Under the pieces are notes generated by a model, which worked only from the letters and a program-made list of their open reading frames with translations, made no database searches and was not told where the DNA came from. Position numbers and translations under genes: made by a program. DNA of 64,000 nucleotides from an uncultured Candidatus Binatia bacterium. Lineage in GTDB: Bacteria; Desulfobacterota; Binatia; Bin18. Shown here piece by piece: positions 10,278 to 20,368 of this stretch. Every line of letters starts with the position of its first letter. The stretch's first letter is position 1. The stretch is from positions 288,001 through 352,000 of the forward strand of contig OZ243961.1 in the NCBI GenBank assembly GCA_965214605.1. The letters run 5' to 3'.

Positions 10278-12253
10278 CTTTCTCCTCGCGGCAGACCGAG
10301 TTGGCGCTGTTCGGCAGCCTTGATATACGCGCTGGCGTCTTCGTCTAGCAGCAGCCCTTGGGCGACAAGCCGCTGTGCTGCAGCCGCGACCGCTTGCACA
10401 TAGCGGCGGTGGGTGACATAGCGTTCCTCCAAGGAGAGGCGCGGATCGCCGTTGGCGAGTCGCTGTGTCTTGGTCGCGGCAAAAGGAATAAAAGATCCCA
10501 TTGCTGCGCATTCGTCCTTGGGCATATCGGCTAGCAGGTTCCAGCCGGTATAGGTGCCGAGGGGAACCGCAATGTCCGGGAGCTGAATGCCCGCCACGTC
10601 GATGCCGTCCGGTGTGACCCTGGGCACGAACGTCGGATACGCGCGGCCGGTCTTCTGCGGCGGCAGGGTGCTGATGATACCGCGGTCGAACTCAGGTCCG
10701 TAGTCGTAGAGTTCACGGACGCTGACCACACCGGTATAGGCAACGCCCGGAATGTGGGGAAACCCAACGCTGGATTGCGGGAGGGGCGGGACGAGCGTAC
10801 CGTCGGCCAGCCGGGGCACCCGGCTGGGGGGCGGTTCTTTGTCGGCTGTCACCCATTCCGTCAAGGCGGTCAGGAGCGCACGCAAAGCCGGTCCTGGACT
10901 AATCGGGTTCTGCAACTGTTGGCAGCTGCCGCGTCCGGACGCGACCCCGTGGGCAATGCTCGACAGCAGGTAAAAGCGGACCTGTGGTGGATCGGGCTGG
11001 TCGGCGCTGCCGTCCGGCGTCGTGATGGATAACGACGCGTTCTTAAACCAATAGCTGTTGGAGTCGTTCACCTCCATGATTTTTGGGGTCGTCCTTGAGG
11101 CTTCACAGCGGGCGAGCACGCTATCGGTTTTGCCCGTCACCGGATCGCTGAGCGCGGCATAGGCGAACGGAAAAATCTGTTCTGGATAGACATGGCTCCA
11201 GCGCTGAAAGGCGGTCCGGTTCGGCTGGGCAAAGCGATAGTTGAAAAATCCCCCGCCAGCTCCGTTGATATACGGCATCATGCCGTCAAACACCCGTCGC
11301 CCGTCTTCGTCCTGGTTACAGCCCAAGTACAAAAACGGTCGGTGGAAGCGGCCCGACTGCGAGAGTCCGGTGGCGAGAGACCATTTGAGCGTGCGGGCCA
11401 ATGGATTCGGGTTTCCCTGTTCGTCGGCATGGGCGTGGCGTATAAACGAGACAAAATCGCGTACCGCGGCAAAGCCAATACCGGCCACGATTGGATCGGT
11501 CGCCTGATAGACAAACTGATAGATTTTGCCGCTCTCAAACGGCCGCTCGCCCTGGGGCAGGAGCCCGATCGTCGAGGCATTGAGATAGTGCCACTCCGTT
11601 GCCGGAATAAGGCGGGGCTCATCGCCCCGATAGTCGCGCACCGTCAGCCTGGCCTGAGAGGTATCGAGGCTGGCAGCCGGATAGGTCAGGGGATAGCGAT
11701 ACACCGCCCGGCCGGTCGTGGCGGTTTGAACGTTATCGACCATGATCTCCTCAAGCGCGGGGCCGACAATCGGTCGCTCGCCTGCTCTGGCAACCGGAAC
11801 GGTGGTGGTCAAACGGTCGTTCCCGGCCGCAGCGGTCGCGTCCCAGCCGGTCCAGACAATGGTATAGCCTTGGCGCATGAGGTAGCCAGTCCCAATGTCT
11901 TGAGCCGTGCAGGGATCGTTAAGCGGCGGAAACTCGGGCGGGGCCCTAAACGGAAAGTTCAGCGGCAGGTAGGTGATCTTGTTGCCCCGATTGGTAACAT
12001 CGAACAGGAGGACTTTGTTGCCCCGGGCCGGGTCAAGCGGCTTGAGTATGTAAAAGTCGGTCGCATACTCAACCCGGCCTCGGACGTTGCGCGGCGCTAG
12101 TCCAATATCGGTAATCACCGCGTTGAGCGGGCTAGCGGGGGCAAGCTCGCCAAAGGCACGGCCGACCAGTTTTTCATACTGACCAACCTGGCCGAACGAG
12201 GTGCCATCAAAGGCGGGCGACCGGACGGTATCGATAAGCATCCGCGTAATCAT
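10274..12253 (-). CDS. Alpha/beta hydrolase domain-containing protein (large, uncharacterised family)
   Basis: FGQVGQYEKL, NRGNK, nucleophile-elbow-like GLSQSGR, DPRLSLEERY; start may be 12253 (ATG) or 12304. Confidence 0.8.
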   Translation of the reverse strand: MITRMLIDTVRSPAFDGTSFGQVGQYEKLVGRAFGELAPASPLNAVITDIGLAPRNVRGRVEYATDFYILKPLDPARGNKVLLFDVTNRGNKITYLPLNFPFRAPPEFPPLNDPCTAQDIGTGYLMRQGYTIVWTGWDATAAAGNDRLTTTVPVARAGERPIVGPALEEIMVDNVQTATTGRAVYRYPLTYPAASLDTSQARLTVRDYRGDEPRLIPATEWHYLNASTIGLLPQGERPFESGKIYQFVYQATDPIVAGIGFAAVRDFVSFIRHAHADEQGNPNPLARTLKWSLATGLSQSGRFHRPFLYLGCNQDEDGRRVFDGMMPYINGAGGGFFNYRFAQPNRTAFQRWSHVYPEQIFPFAYAALSDPVTGKTDSVLARCEASRTTPKIMEVNDSNSYWFKNASLSITTPDGSADQPDPPQVRFYLLSSIAHGVASGRGSCQQLQNPISPGPALRALLTALTEWVTADKEPPPSRVPRLADGTLVPPLPQSSVGFPHIPGVAYTGVVSVRELYDYGPEFDRGIISTLPPQKTGRAYPTFVPRVTPDGIDVAGIQLPDIAVPLGTYTGWNLLADMPKDECAAMGSFIPFAATKTQRLANGDPRLSLEERYVTHRRYVQAVAAAAQRLVAQGLLLDEDASAYIKAAEQRQLGLPRGER

Positions 12254-12425
12254 GAGCTGCTCCGTTTTTTGCCCTGTCGTACGCCGTGCCTGTCGCCTTG
12301 TCAACGTGTTTTTTGGCCAACACGCTGAGGGTTTCTTTTTTTGTCGCGTCGTGTAGAACTTGATCCCATACGAGGCAGCCAGTGCCAGGCGCGCTGGCAG
12401 CGGATAACGGAGAAGGGAAACGTCA

Positions 12426-13703
12426 ATGGCACGATCAGCATCGTCCCCTCAAGCGACAAAACGGCGTCCACTTGAGGGTATCCGCGTTATTGATCTGACA
12501 AAAATTGTCGCCGGTCCCAACGCCACCCGAATGCTGGCCACGATGGGCGCCGAAGTGATCCGGGTTGAGTGGCACGACCAGCGGGCGCTTGATCTGCTGC
12601 GCGGAGTCCAACCCAAGGTGCCCGGCGGAGCGGCCGATAGTCTCAACCGCAGCGGCCTGTTCAACAATATGAATCCAGGGAAATACGGCATTACCCTCAA
12701 CATGAGCTTGCCCCAGGGCCGCGATTTATTTAAACGCCTGATCGCTCAGTCCTCGGTCCTGTGCGAGAATTACAGCCCCGGTCAAATGGACCGCTGGGAG
12801 CTTGGCTATGAGGTGCTGCGGGCGATTAATCCCGGACTGATCTATCTGCAGATCAGCGGCATGGGAAAGTCGGGCACCTATCATGACTACCTGAGCGTCG
12901 GGCCCACCGCCCAAGCCCTGTCGGGGTTGACCCAGATGTCGGGTTTACCCGACCCGATGCCGCCAGCCGGCTGGGGCTATTCGTATCTTGACCATTCAAC
13001 CGGCTACTACGGGGCGATGCACGTCCTGATGGCCCTGATACAGCGGCGCAAGACCGGTCAGGGCTGCTACATTGATCTGTCACAAACCGAGACCGGACTC
13101 ATGGTGTCTGGCACGGCTACCCTCGAAGCCCAGCAGAGCGGCAAATCCACCCAACGCCACGGCAACCGGATGCCGGTTGCTGATTGGGCGCCGCATGGCG
13201 CCTACCCATGTCGGGGAAGCGATGCATGGATCACTCTAGCGGTGCAGACCGACGAACAGTGGCAGGAACTCGTCGCTGAGATGGGTTCTCCCACTTGGGC
13301 TAGCGAGCCCCGCTTTCAGCGTGCGGCGGGACGGAAAGCCGCCGAAGACGAGCTTGATCGGCGGCTGGCCGAGTTCACAAAAAAGACGGAGCGCTATCAC
13401 CTCATGGCCCGCCTCCAGCGACGCGGGGTGCCGTCCGGCGTGGTACAGAAGTCGGTCGATCGTTTCACCCGTGATCCACAGCTGAGAGCACGCGGAGCGT
13501 TTGTGTCCTTGCCGCATTCCGAGATCGGTTCCTGGCCGGTCGAAGATTTTCCGGCCAGCGCCCAAAACATGCTGCTCAGCGTTGGTGGCCTGCCGGGGCG
13601 GGCAGCCCCGTGTATCGGGGAGGACACTGACACGGTGTATCGTGACGTGCTTGGGCTCTCTGGCGAGGAAATTGCCCAGCTCAGGGAGGACTGGATCATT
13701 TGA
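12426..13703 (+). CDS. CoA-transferase family III (CaiB/BaiF), catalytic-type subunit
   Basis: PLEGIRVIDLT, AGPNATRMLATMGAEVIRVE, ENYSPG; conserved Asp in YLDHSTG. Confidence 0.9.
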   Translation: MARSASSPQATKRRPLEGIRVIDLTKIVAGPNATRMLATMGAEVIRVEWHDQRALDLLRGVQPKVPGGAADSLNRSGLFNNMNPGKYGITLNMSLPQGRDLFKRLIAQSSVLCENYSPGQMDRWELGYEVLRAINPGLIYLQISGMGKSGTYHDYLSVGPTAQALSGLTQMSGLPDPMPPAGWGYSYLDHSTGYYGAMHVLMALIQRRKTGQGCYIDLSQTETGLMVSGTATLEAQQSGKSTQRHGNRMPVADWAPHGAYPCRGSDAWITLAVQTDEQWQELVAEMGSPTWASEPRFQRAAGRKAAEDELDRRLAEFTKKTERYHLMARLQRRGVPSGVVQKSVDRFTRDPQLRARGAFVSLPHSEIGSWPVEDFPASAQNMLLSVGGLPGRAAPCIGEDTDTVYRDVLGLSGEEIAQLREDWII

Positions 13704-14965
13704 ATAGCCAAGCAGCTTTAAGCCGAGCCCTTGAGGGCTGCGTCGTGGTTGAGTGCGGCGATGAACGCGGAGAATTTGCCGGCCTCTTGCTCGCCTCGTT
13801 CGGTGCCGAGGTGATCAAGCTAGAAGGACGTCACGGCTCCAACTCGCGCCGCTTGGGCCCTTTTGCCTCCTCGTCGCCCGATCCGGAACACAGCCTGTGC
13901 TTCTGGCGCTACAACCTGGGCAAGAAGAGCGTCGATTGCGACCTTGAGCATCCAGCCGGCTATGACGTGCTGGAACGTGTGGTGCGGCATGCCGACATTG
14001 TCATTGATTCCGGCCAGGCTATTGATGTTGAGCGGCGTCTTGCCCTGTACCGTGACATCCAAGCGACAACCCCCCGCCTTATTATCTGCACAATCACACC
14101 CTTTGGGTTGAACGGTCCGTCCCGCGACCTCACAATGACCGATCTGACCCAGCTGGCAATGGGCGGAGTGATGGCCTCGTGCGGCTACGATCCAGGGCCG
14201 GACGGTCTCTACGATACCCCACCCATTGCGCCCGGTATGTGGCAGGCCTCCCACATCACCTGCGAACACGCGGTGCTCGTGCTGGCCGCCGCGCTCAACT
14301 GTCGTGAGCTGACGGATGAGGGCGATTGTATTGATGTCTCGATTCATGAAGCGGTGAGCACCTGTACCGAGGTTGCGCTGCCGTGCTATATCTACAATCA
14401 AGACGTTGTCCAGCGTCAGACCGGACGCCACGCCGCTACGGCCAAGACGCCGGCATGGCTGCGTCGGACCAAAGACGGCCGTTACGTGAAGGCCTTCCTC
14501 TTTTGGGGGAGCCGCGACGTGCGGGTCATTGCCGAGATGCTCGACGAGAGAGGGATTGAGCACGATCTGCAGTCGGACGCCTACCGCCGGCTGAGCGAAC
14601 GCTCTCCGGGCGAAGCGAACAAGCACCTCAGCGCCCAGGTTGATCGGCTCGTTGCCTCAATGACCGCTGAGGAGGTCTACCATAAGGCTCAGGCCAAAGG
14701 GTTGCTGTGGGCCAGCGTGCGCTACCCTGAGGAAAATCTTGACGACCCGCACTTCCAGGCACGGGGGACTTTTCAGGCTATCCATCAGCCGCAAATCGGT
14801 CGCGAACTGTATTTCCCCGTGTCTGTTGCGACCGACGGCCAGAACCGGCTGACCGGCTTCAAAAGCGGCGCTCCGTGTTTGGGCCAGCATACGCGAGAAG
14901 TCCTGTTAGGCATGGGATTCAGCGAGGCCGAGTTGGGCCGGCTCGCCGCCCAAGGGGTCATCTAG
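13700..14965 (+). CDS. CoA-transferase family III, BbsE-like partner subunit
   Basis: LLASFGAEVIKLE, NLGKKSV, ITPFGLNGP and APCLGQHT; start overlaps the previous stop. Confidence 0.85.
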   Translation: MNSQAALSRALEGCVVVECGDERGEFAGLLLASFGAEVIKLEGRHGSNSRRLGPFASSSPDPEHSLCFWRYNLGKKSVDCDLEHPAGYDVLERVVRHADIVIDSGQAIDVERRLALYRDIQATTPRLIICTITPFGLNGPSRDLTMTDLTQLAMGGVMASCGYDPGPDGLYDTPPIAPGMWQASHITCEHAVLVLAAALNCRELTDEGDCIDVSIHEAVSTCTEVALPCYIYNQDVVQRQTGRHAATAKTPAWLRRTKDGRYVKAFLFWGSRDVRVIAEMLDERGIEHDLQSDAYRRLSERSPGEANKHLSAQVDRLVASMTAEEVYHKAQAKGLLWASVRYPEENLDDPHFQARGTFQAIHQPQIGRELYFPVSVATDGQNRLTGFKSGAPCLGQHTREVLLGMGFSEAELGRLAAQGVI

Positions 14966-15003
14966 GCGCGGGGGAGGCGAGCCCCGCACACGCGGCAGAA
15001 CCC

Positions 15004-15303
15004 ATGCGTTGCCAAAAAGCCCGGATTGTAGAGCCCGAAAGTTGGGATCTCATTCATCCCGACTCGCACGAATGGGTGCGACGGAACCTTGGCGCTGAGC
15101 TGTGGGTGGAGACGGGACCGCCACACAAGGCTATTCCTTCACTGCACGGCGGCGAGGTCAACAATTCGGTCAAAACACCCTATCTCTGGCTGGGACGAGT
15201 GCGTTACTGGATGTCGATGGATGTCCTTGAACTCTTGGCGGAGAGCGCCGAGGTGGCCGATCAACCTCTCTTGGACTGGATGGCCACCCAGCCGCGGGTC
15301 TAA
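15004..15303 (+). CDS. Small hypothetical protein
   Basis: 99-aa ORF with protein-like composition after GGGGGAGG; no family recognised. Confidence 0.5.
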   Translation: MRCQKARIVEPESWDLIHPDSHEWVRRNLGAELWVETGPPHKAIPSLHGGEVNNSVKTPYLWLGRVRYWMSMDVLELLAESAEVADQPLLDWMATQPRV

Positions 15304-15337
15304 CCGCTGGTCTTTGTCCAGCCCTCTCCACGGCACC

Positions 15338-15802
15338 TCACTCCGGGCAGTGCTGCATCAGCTCCAAGGTCGTGCCGTCGGGGTCACGGAAATAGACCGC
15401 TTTGATTTTTCCGTAGCCCTCACCCTCTAGATCAAACATCTGCGGGGCCGAATAGAACTCTACCCCTTTAGCTCGTAAGTCTTCGTAGACCTGGTCGATA
15501 TCCTTGACCCAAAACGCGACTTCGGTGATCCCGGGGTTGGCCAGTCCGGGGTAGGGCTGACCGTCGTTTCCGGCCGGTTCAATGAAATGGAGGAGTTCAA
15601 TCGGCGGGCTGGTCGGATCGTCTTTGTAGCGCAGATACACGGCGCGCAGTGTGGCGTTTGGGACTTGGGTGACCGTGCTGGCCTCTTGGCCGTCGACAAC
15701 GACATCCCCAATCACCTTGAGGCCCAACGTATCACGATAAAACTCAACCGCCTTGTCCATATCTCTGACCGTAATACCAACATGTGCAACAGCTCCCAAC
15801 AT
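15338..15802 (-). CDS. VOC/glyoxalase family protein
   Basis: HVGITVRDMDKAVEFYRDTLGL, IELL and YFRDPDGTTLELM; RBS AAGGAGGG. Confidence 0.9.
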   Translation of the reverse strand: MLGAVAHVGITVRDMDKAVEFYRDTLGLKVIGDVVVDGQEASTVTQVPNATLRAVYLRYKDDPTSPPIELLHFIEPAGNDGQPYPGLANPGITEVAFWVKDIDQVYEDLRAKGVEFYSAPQMFDLEGEGYGKIKAVYFRDPDGTTLELMQHCPE

Positions 15803-15897
15803 GGCGTGCCCTCCTTAAGTGGCGTCGTGCCTGGCAGGGTAGCGCTAAGTCTGGGCTGGGTCTATAGCTCCGGAACAAATTTTGTGCGGGGCTGTTT

Positions 15898-17301
15898 CTA
15901 CTGTGACTGAAAGATAAAAATCCGTCCTGTGGCTACGTTATTGCCAATCGTCTGACCCGACGCGCCAATGGCAAATTCCGGGATGCCGTCACCGTGCAAA
16001 TCACCCGGAGAGGCGAGCGTGTAGCCAAACTTTGAGCCCTGGTGTGGGTTGGGGTTGTCAAAGGTAATCAGGTGGCGTCCGTCCCAGCCGTTAAACACAA
16101 AGACTGACCCCTGAATCTGAAATTCATCCACCGTTTGGTGCGGCGCACTGACCAAGATCTCTGCGGCTCCGTCCTCATTGATATCGGACGTCCAGGCCAC
16201 CCGATACCCAAAGCTGGCATAAGCGTTGTTCAGGCCTGGGTCGTGCAGAGAAAGCAAGAGTGAGCCATTCGTGCCGCTGAACACATAGGCCTCGCCCTGG
16301 GCGCGGTTCGACTGCACGTCCTTATATGGCGCGCCAACCAAGATGTCGGCGATCCCGTCTTTATTGATATCTCCCCCCGAGGCGATGTGCCAGCCAAAGA
16401 CCGACCCGGCTTGGGGTTCGGGCGCGTCAATGGTGTACAGCAAGCTCAGGTCTCGACCGCTTATGGCATGCACCCGCCCCAGTATCCTATGAGGATCAAC
16501 GTTGGTGTACGGCGCACCGATCAATATATCGGGCGTCCCATCGTTGTTTAAATCGTCCGCCCCGGCAACAGACCAGCCAAAGGTATCCCGGCCGGGTGGG
16601 GCCGGCGGGCTCAGGACCTGCACGAGGCTTCCATCCTGGCCGCTGAAGATGTAGGCTCGTCCCGATCCGCTTTGAGCAGGCGCACCGATGACGAAGTCCG
16701 CAATAGCGTCACCCGTGAGGTCACCCAGCACCGCGGTCGAAAAACCGAAAGCGGCTCCGGCATCCTGCTTGGGCGCTTGGACTGTGTAGAGGAGCTGCCC
16801 GTCTTTGGCGCTAAACACAAAGGCTTGGCCGCTCCCGACCTTCTTGATCTCTGGACCTTCGGTCACCGCACCCTGCTGGACATCAATCGTCAGCGACAGG
16901 GCACTGCCGGCCTCTCCCTGGCCGATGGCCCCCACCACTACGTCATCGATCCCATCGGCGTTGACGTCTCCGATACGGGCGACAGCAAAGCCGAAAGCCG
17001 AATCTGGCTGGGGAGACGGATTATCGATCGTGTACAGCAGCAGCCCGCTCCTCCCGCTATACACAAAGACCCGTCCTTGCCGATCATTGTTGTCCACCCG
17101 GTGTTGATAGGCGCCGATCACATAGTCCGGCGTTCCGTCGGCGTTGACATCGTCAGCAACGTCAAACGCAGAGGCAAAGCCGGTCAACGGGAGTTTGGCG
17201 GGATGGTCGATGTGCATGACACGCGGATCTGCCTGGACGGACGCGTACCATAAGAAAAGGATAAAGATTGGAGACGTCCAAACACAGGGGGACACTGACA
17301 C
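15898..17301 (-). CDS. Secreted FG-GAP repeat (integrin-alpha-like) beta-propeller protein
   Basis: Signal-peptide-like N-terminus; seven FG...D-x-[NTH]-x-D-G...GA[PY] repeats. Confidence 0.88.
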   Translation of the reverse strand: MSVSPCVWTSPIFILFLWYASVQADPRVMHIDHPAKLPLTGFASAFDVADDVNADGTPDYVIGAYQHRVDNNDRQGRVFVYSGRSGLLLYTIDNPSPQPDSAFGFAVARIGDVNADGIDDVVVGAIGQGEAGSALSLTIDVQQGAVTEGPEIKKVGSGQAFVFSAKDGQLLYTVQAPKQDAGAAFGFSTAVLGDLTGDAIADFVIGAPAQSGSGRAYIFSGQDGSLVQVLSPPAPPGRDTFGWSVAGADDLNNDGTPDILIGAPYTNVDPHRILGRVHAISGRDLSLLYTIDAPEPQAGSVFGWHIASGGDINKDGIADILVGAPYKDVQSNRAQGEAYVFSGTNGSLLLSLHDPGLNNAYASFGYRVAWTSDINEDGAAEILVSAPHQTVDEFQIQGSVFVFNGWDGRHLITFDNPNPHQGSKFGYTLASPGDLHGDGIPEFAIGASGQTIGNNVATGRIFIFQSQ

Positions 17302-17896
17302 AGCAGTCGCTCCTTTCGCTGAATGAGTGGATGAAGGGGCAAGGGATATCAGGTAAGCATCCCGACGGCAAGGGGAAGGGGGGGAGCGGAGCCGCCCCGG
17401 TCAAGTCATGCTCGAATCTGCCCCACCAAGGTTCTCCGTAATCGGTCCCGCCGCCGCGACTTGGCGCGCCCCCTTGGCCGGCGGAGACTCGATCACGGGG
17501 CAGGCAGCGGGGCTGAAATAACGGGCGGGCCGGACAGGCTGAGGCCGGTGCGGTGGAGGCGGCCGGCGTCCCTCGGGCCCATGGGTCAGCACAGCGCCGG
17601 AGGTGAGGCGCAGCGCAGCCGGTCAGGACGAAGGGGGGCGCCAAGCCCCGTCTGTTGGCCTGAGTGCCTGTGGCCAACAGCGTCCCGGTGGTGCGGAGCA
17701 GGGGTGGCGTGGGCGTCTTAAGGGCGGGCGGTCTCGGTTCACGCGGGACACCCCGCGTCCGACGCGGGAGCAGAAACCGCCCTGCGGTCACGTCCTCGTC
17801 CAAGACACAAGCGAAGTCTTCCCCGCCGTTCTGTACATTCCCGTTTGACTTTTGTAGAGCTGAACAACTTCAAAACAAGCAGGAGGACTATACGGT

Positions 17897-18673
17897 ATGG
17901 CGGAATATATTGATATTGAACAGGCAAAAACTGCGTCCGGCTTACGCCTTGTGCTGCCCCCGGGCCGTCCGAACCCGTGGGCTGAGGGGCTGAAGGGGAT
18001 GTGCTATGTGAAAAAAATTCCGTACCTCCGGGTGGCCAAAGCCCAGGGCCACGATTCTGCCCTGCAAGACTGGACGCATCAGGCCAGCGCACCGGTCGCG
18101 GTCTGGAACAACGAACGCCCCCGCAGTATCTGGAATGACCAGCTGTATTTGCTCGAGCGTCTGGCCCCGCACCCGTCGCTTATGCCCGACAATGTTGAGG
18201 ACCGTATTGTGATGTGTGGGCTGTGCAACGAGCTGTGCGGTGAGACCGGATTTGGCTGGTCACGCCGTCTGATGTTGCTCTCCAGTATCCTGGCGAATCC
18301 AAACGCCCCAGAGGCGGCTCGAACGTTTGCTGCCTATATGGGCGGCAAGTACGGCTACGGTCAGGCCGAGGCTGAGGCCGCCCCTCAGCGGGTGGCCCGG
18401 ATCCTGGAAACGCTCAGTGCCCGCTTAGCTCAGCAGCAGGCACGCGCCAGCCGATTTCTGATCGGCGACACCCTCTCGGCCGTAGATATCTATTGGGCGA
18501 CCTTTGCCGTGCTTGTCCAGCCGTTGCCGGTCGAGTTGTGTCCCATTGACGAGCAGCTCCGGGCGTCGTTTGTGAACACCGATCCCGTGGTTGCCGCCGC
18601 CCTGTCTCCTCAACTGTTGGAGCACCGCGATCGGATCTACCACGACTATCTCGAACTGCCGATGGATCTGTAG
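17897..18673 (+). CDS. Glutathione S-transferase-like protein
   Basis: PNPWAEGLKG N-terminal segment and C-terminal FLIGDTLSAVDIY (GST N-capping box); RBS AGGAGG. Confidence 0.7.
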   Translation: MAEYIDIEQAKTASGLRLVLPPGRPNPWAEGLKGMCYVKKIPYLRVAKAQGHDSALQDWTHQASAPVAVWNNERPRSIWNDQLYLLERLAPHPSLMPDNVEDRIVMCGLCNELCGETGFGWSRRLMLLSSILANPNAPEAARTFAAYMGGKYGYGQAEAEAAPQRVARILETLSARLAQQQARASRFLIGDTLSAVDIYWATFAVLVQPLPVELCPIDEQLRASFVNTDPVVAAALSPQLLEHRDRIYHDYLELPMDL

Positions 18674-18719
18674 TCTTGTCGCCGGCCCCTTGCCTCTCAG
18701 GCCTGCGTTGGGGCGGGCT

Positions 18720-18760
18720 CTGTGGGGTCGAGGCGCTGTGGGGTCGAGGCGCTGCGGGTC
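18720..18760. repeat. Short tandem repeat (CTGTGGGGTCGAGGCG x2 plus a partial third copy)
   Basis: 16-bp unit seen directly. Confidence 0.8.
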
Positions 18761-19114
18761 CGGGAAATCCCACGCTTGGGCGCTGACGGTGTCAAGATCC
18801 ATCTCGACCCGCACCCAGCTTGGAGTGTCCAGGCTTGAGACGTGGATGACGAGGAGGTCTCTGGAGAGGCCGAGTGCTTGAGCATCAACCGCGAGCTCAT
18901 GGTCTGGCCGCGGTCGGCCCCTTTCTCGTGGTAGGTGGGAGCGGCCTTGGTCAGACTGGCCGCCTTGGCCGACACAACGAGATTGGCGGCAAAGGCGCTG
19001 CCGTTCGCCTGCTGGCAATCGCGGCAGTGACAGGGGGCGCCCATGGATCGGCTCAGCCGAGCAGTCCTAGCGAATAGCTCCACACCGGCAGCCACCAGAG
19101 AAGCGGGGTGGCAC
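18750..19114 (-). pseudogene. GFA/CENP-V family protein pseudogene
   Basis: FSGGCRCGAIR* (in-frame TAG at 19067-19069), then CHCRDCQQANGSAF in another frame and SLDTPSW...SAQAWD in a further frame. Confidence 0.8.
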
Positions 19115-19237
19115 AGATGCTCTTGGCATCCCTTCCCCAGAATGCCACACGCGCCATGCCGACTCGCTCGCTCGGGCGCATTGCGATGACGAGCAATACC
19201 TGTAAGACTGGCACCGATCTGTGATAAGGAGACGTCC

Positions 19238-20095
19238 ATGAGCTATGAACAAATTGTGTATGAGGTGCACGACCGGATTGCAACGCTGACGCTCAACCGA
19301 CCGGATCGCTTAAACGCCTGGACTCCGGTCATGGAGCGTGAGGTCCGTGAGGCCATGAGCACGGCAACGGTCGATGAGGCGGTGCGGGTGATCATTCTGA
19401 CCGGAGCGGGACGCGGGTTCTGTTCGGGGGCGGATATGTCAGGGCTCAGTCAGGCGAGCCAAAGTCCCCCGCAGGACGCGACACCGGGCGACCGGCAGGC
19501 CGCAATGCGCGCTGAAGCGTATGCCGCCGGTCCGATCAAAGGGGGCCTCGACCTGCCCCAGGCCTTCTCGTACCGCCACGCCTATTTTCCGACCGTCCCC
19601 AAGCCGGTTATTGCCGCGCTCAACGGCCCGACCGCCGGGATTGGGCTGATTGTGGCTCTGTACGCCGATATCCGTTTTGCCTCCCAGGCCGCCGTCTTTA
19701 CCACCGCCTTTGCCCGCCGGGGATTGGTGGCCGAACACGGCATTGACTGGCTGTTGCCCCGCATCGTTGGTCTGCCGAACGCGCTGGATCTGCTCTTATC
19801 GGCCCGAAAAATCAGTGCCGAAGAAGCCCTGCAGATGGGGCTGGTCAACAAAGTTTTCGCCCGCGAATCGTTCATGGAAGAGGTCCGGGCCTATGCGCTC
19901 GAACTTGCCCTGATGGTTTCTCCTCGCTCTATGCGGACCATGAAACAGCAGATCTTCCGGGCCCAGAGCCTGGATTTTGGCCAGGCCCTGTACGCGTCTA
20001 TTCCAGATGTGGTGGACAGTGTGGGCAGCGAAGACTTCAGAGAAGGGGTGGCGCATTTTGTGGAGAAGCGCGCGCCACGCTTCTCCGGCCGCTGA
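19238..20095 (+). CDS. Enoyl-CoA hydratase/isomerase
   Basis: LNRPDRLNA, GAGRGFCSGAD, KPVIAALNGPTAG and EGVAHFVEKRAPRFSG. Confidence 0.93.
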   Translation: MSYEQIVYEVHDRIATLTLNRPDRLNAWTPVMEREVREAMSTATVDEAVRVIILTGAGRGFCSGADMSGLSQASQSPPQDATPGDRQAAMRAEAYAAGPIKGGLDLPQAFSYRHAYFPTVPKPVIAALNGPTAGIGLIVALYADIRFASQAAVFTTAFARRGLVAEHGIDWLLPRIVGLPNALDLLLSARKISAEEALQMGLVNKVFARESFMEEVRAYALELALMVSPRSMRTMKQQIFRAQSLDFGQALYASIPDVVDSVGSEDFREGVAHFVEKRAPRFSGR

Positions 20096-20097
20096 TG

Positions 20098-20313
20098 CTA
20101 CCAATCGTCGTCCTCGTTGCCAACAAGACTGTGGAGGCGGACGACCAGAGGTTCAGCCTCCTCATCCAGCGGGCTGACCGTGAGCTGCTCAAGCGGCAGT
20201 TCATAGCCGCCCGCCGGACACGACAAATAGACACTCAGCTCGCCATGCTGGTCGTAGATCTCCTGCAGATTCTGCAGCAGCTGGGAAATTGTGATGGATT
20301 TCTGCGTGTTCAT
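20098..20313 (-). CDS. Small acidic hypothetical protein
   Basis: 71-aa ORF with protein-like composition; stop lies 2 nt from the convergent hydratase stop. Confidence 0.55.
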   Translation of the reverse strand: MNTQKSITISQLLQNLQEIYDQHGELSVYLSCPAGGYELPLEQLTVSPLDEEAEPLVVRLHSLVGNEDDDW

Positions 20314-20368
20314 GCTCTCATGCTAGCATGCCGCGCGGCAGAGGAGAGACCGCCGGAAAGGCCGGAGT

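Noticed and set aside
10278-10511. N-terminal extension of queE in the ORF track
   Set aside because: It overlaps the hydrolase gene, and the GTG at 10277 gives a normal QueE length.
17652-17682. Short matches (CTGAGTGCCTG, TGTGGCCAACAGCG) shared with the 56.8-57.0 kb spacer
   Set aside because: Matches of 11-14 bp are expected by chance in 64 kb and are not collinear.
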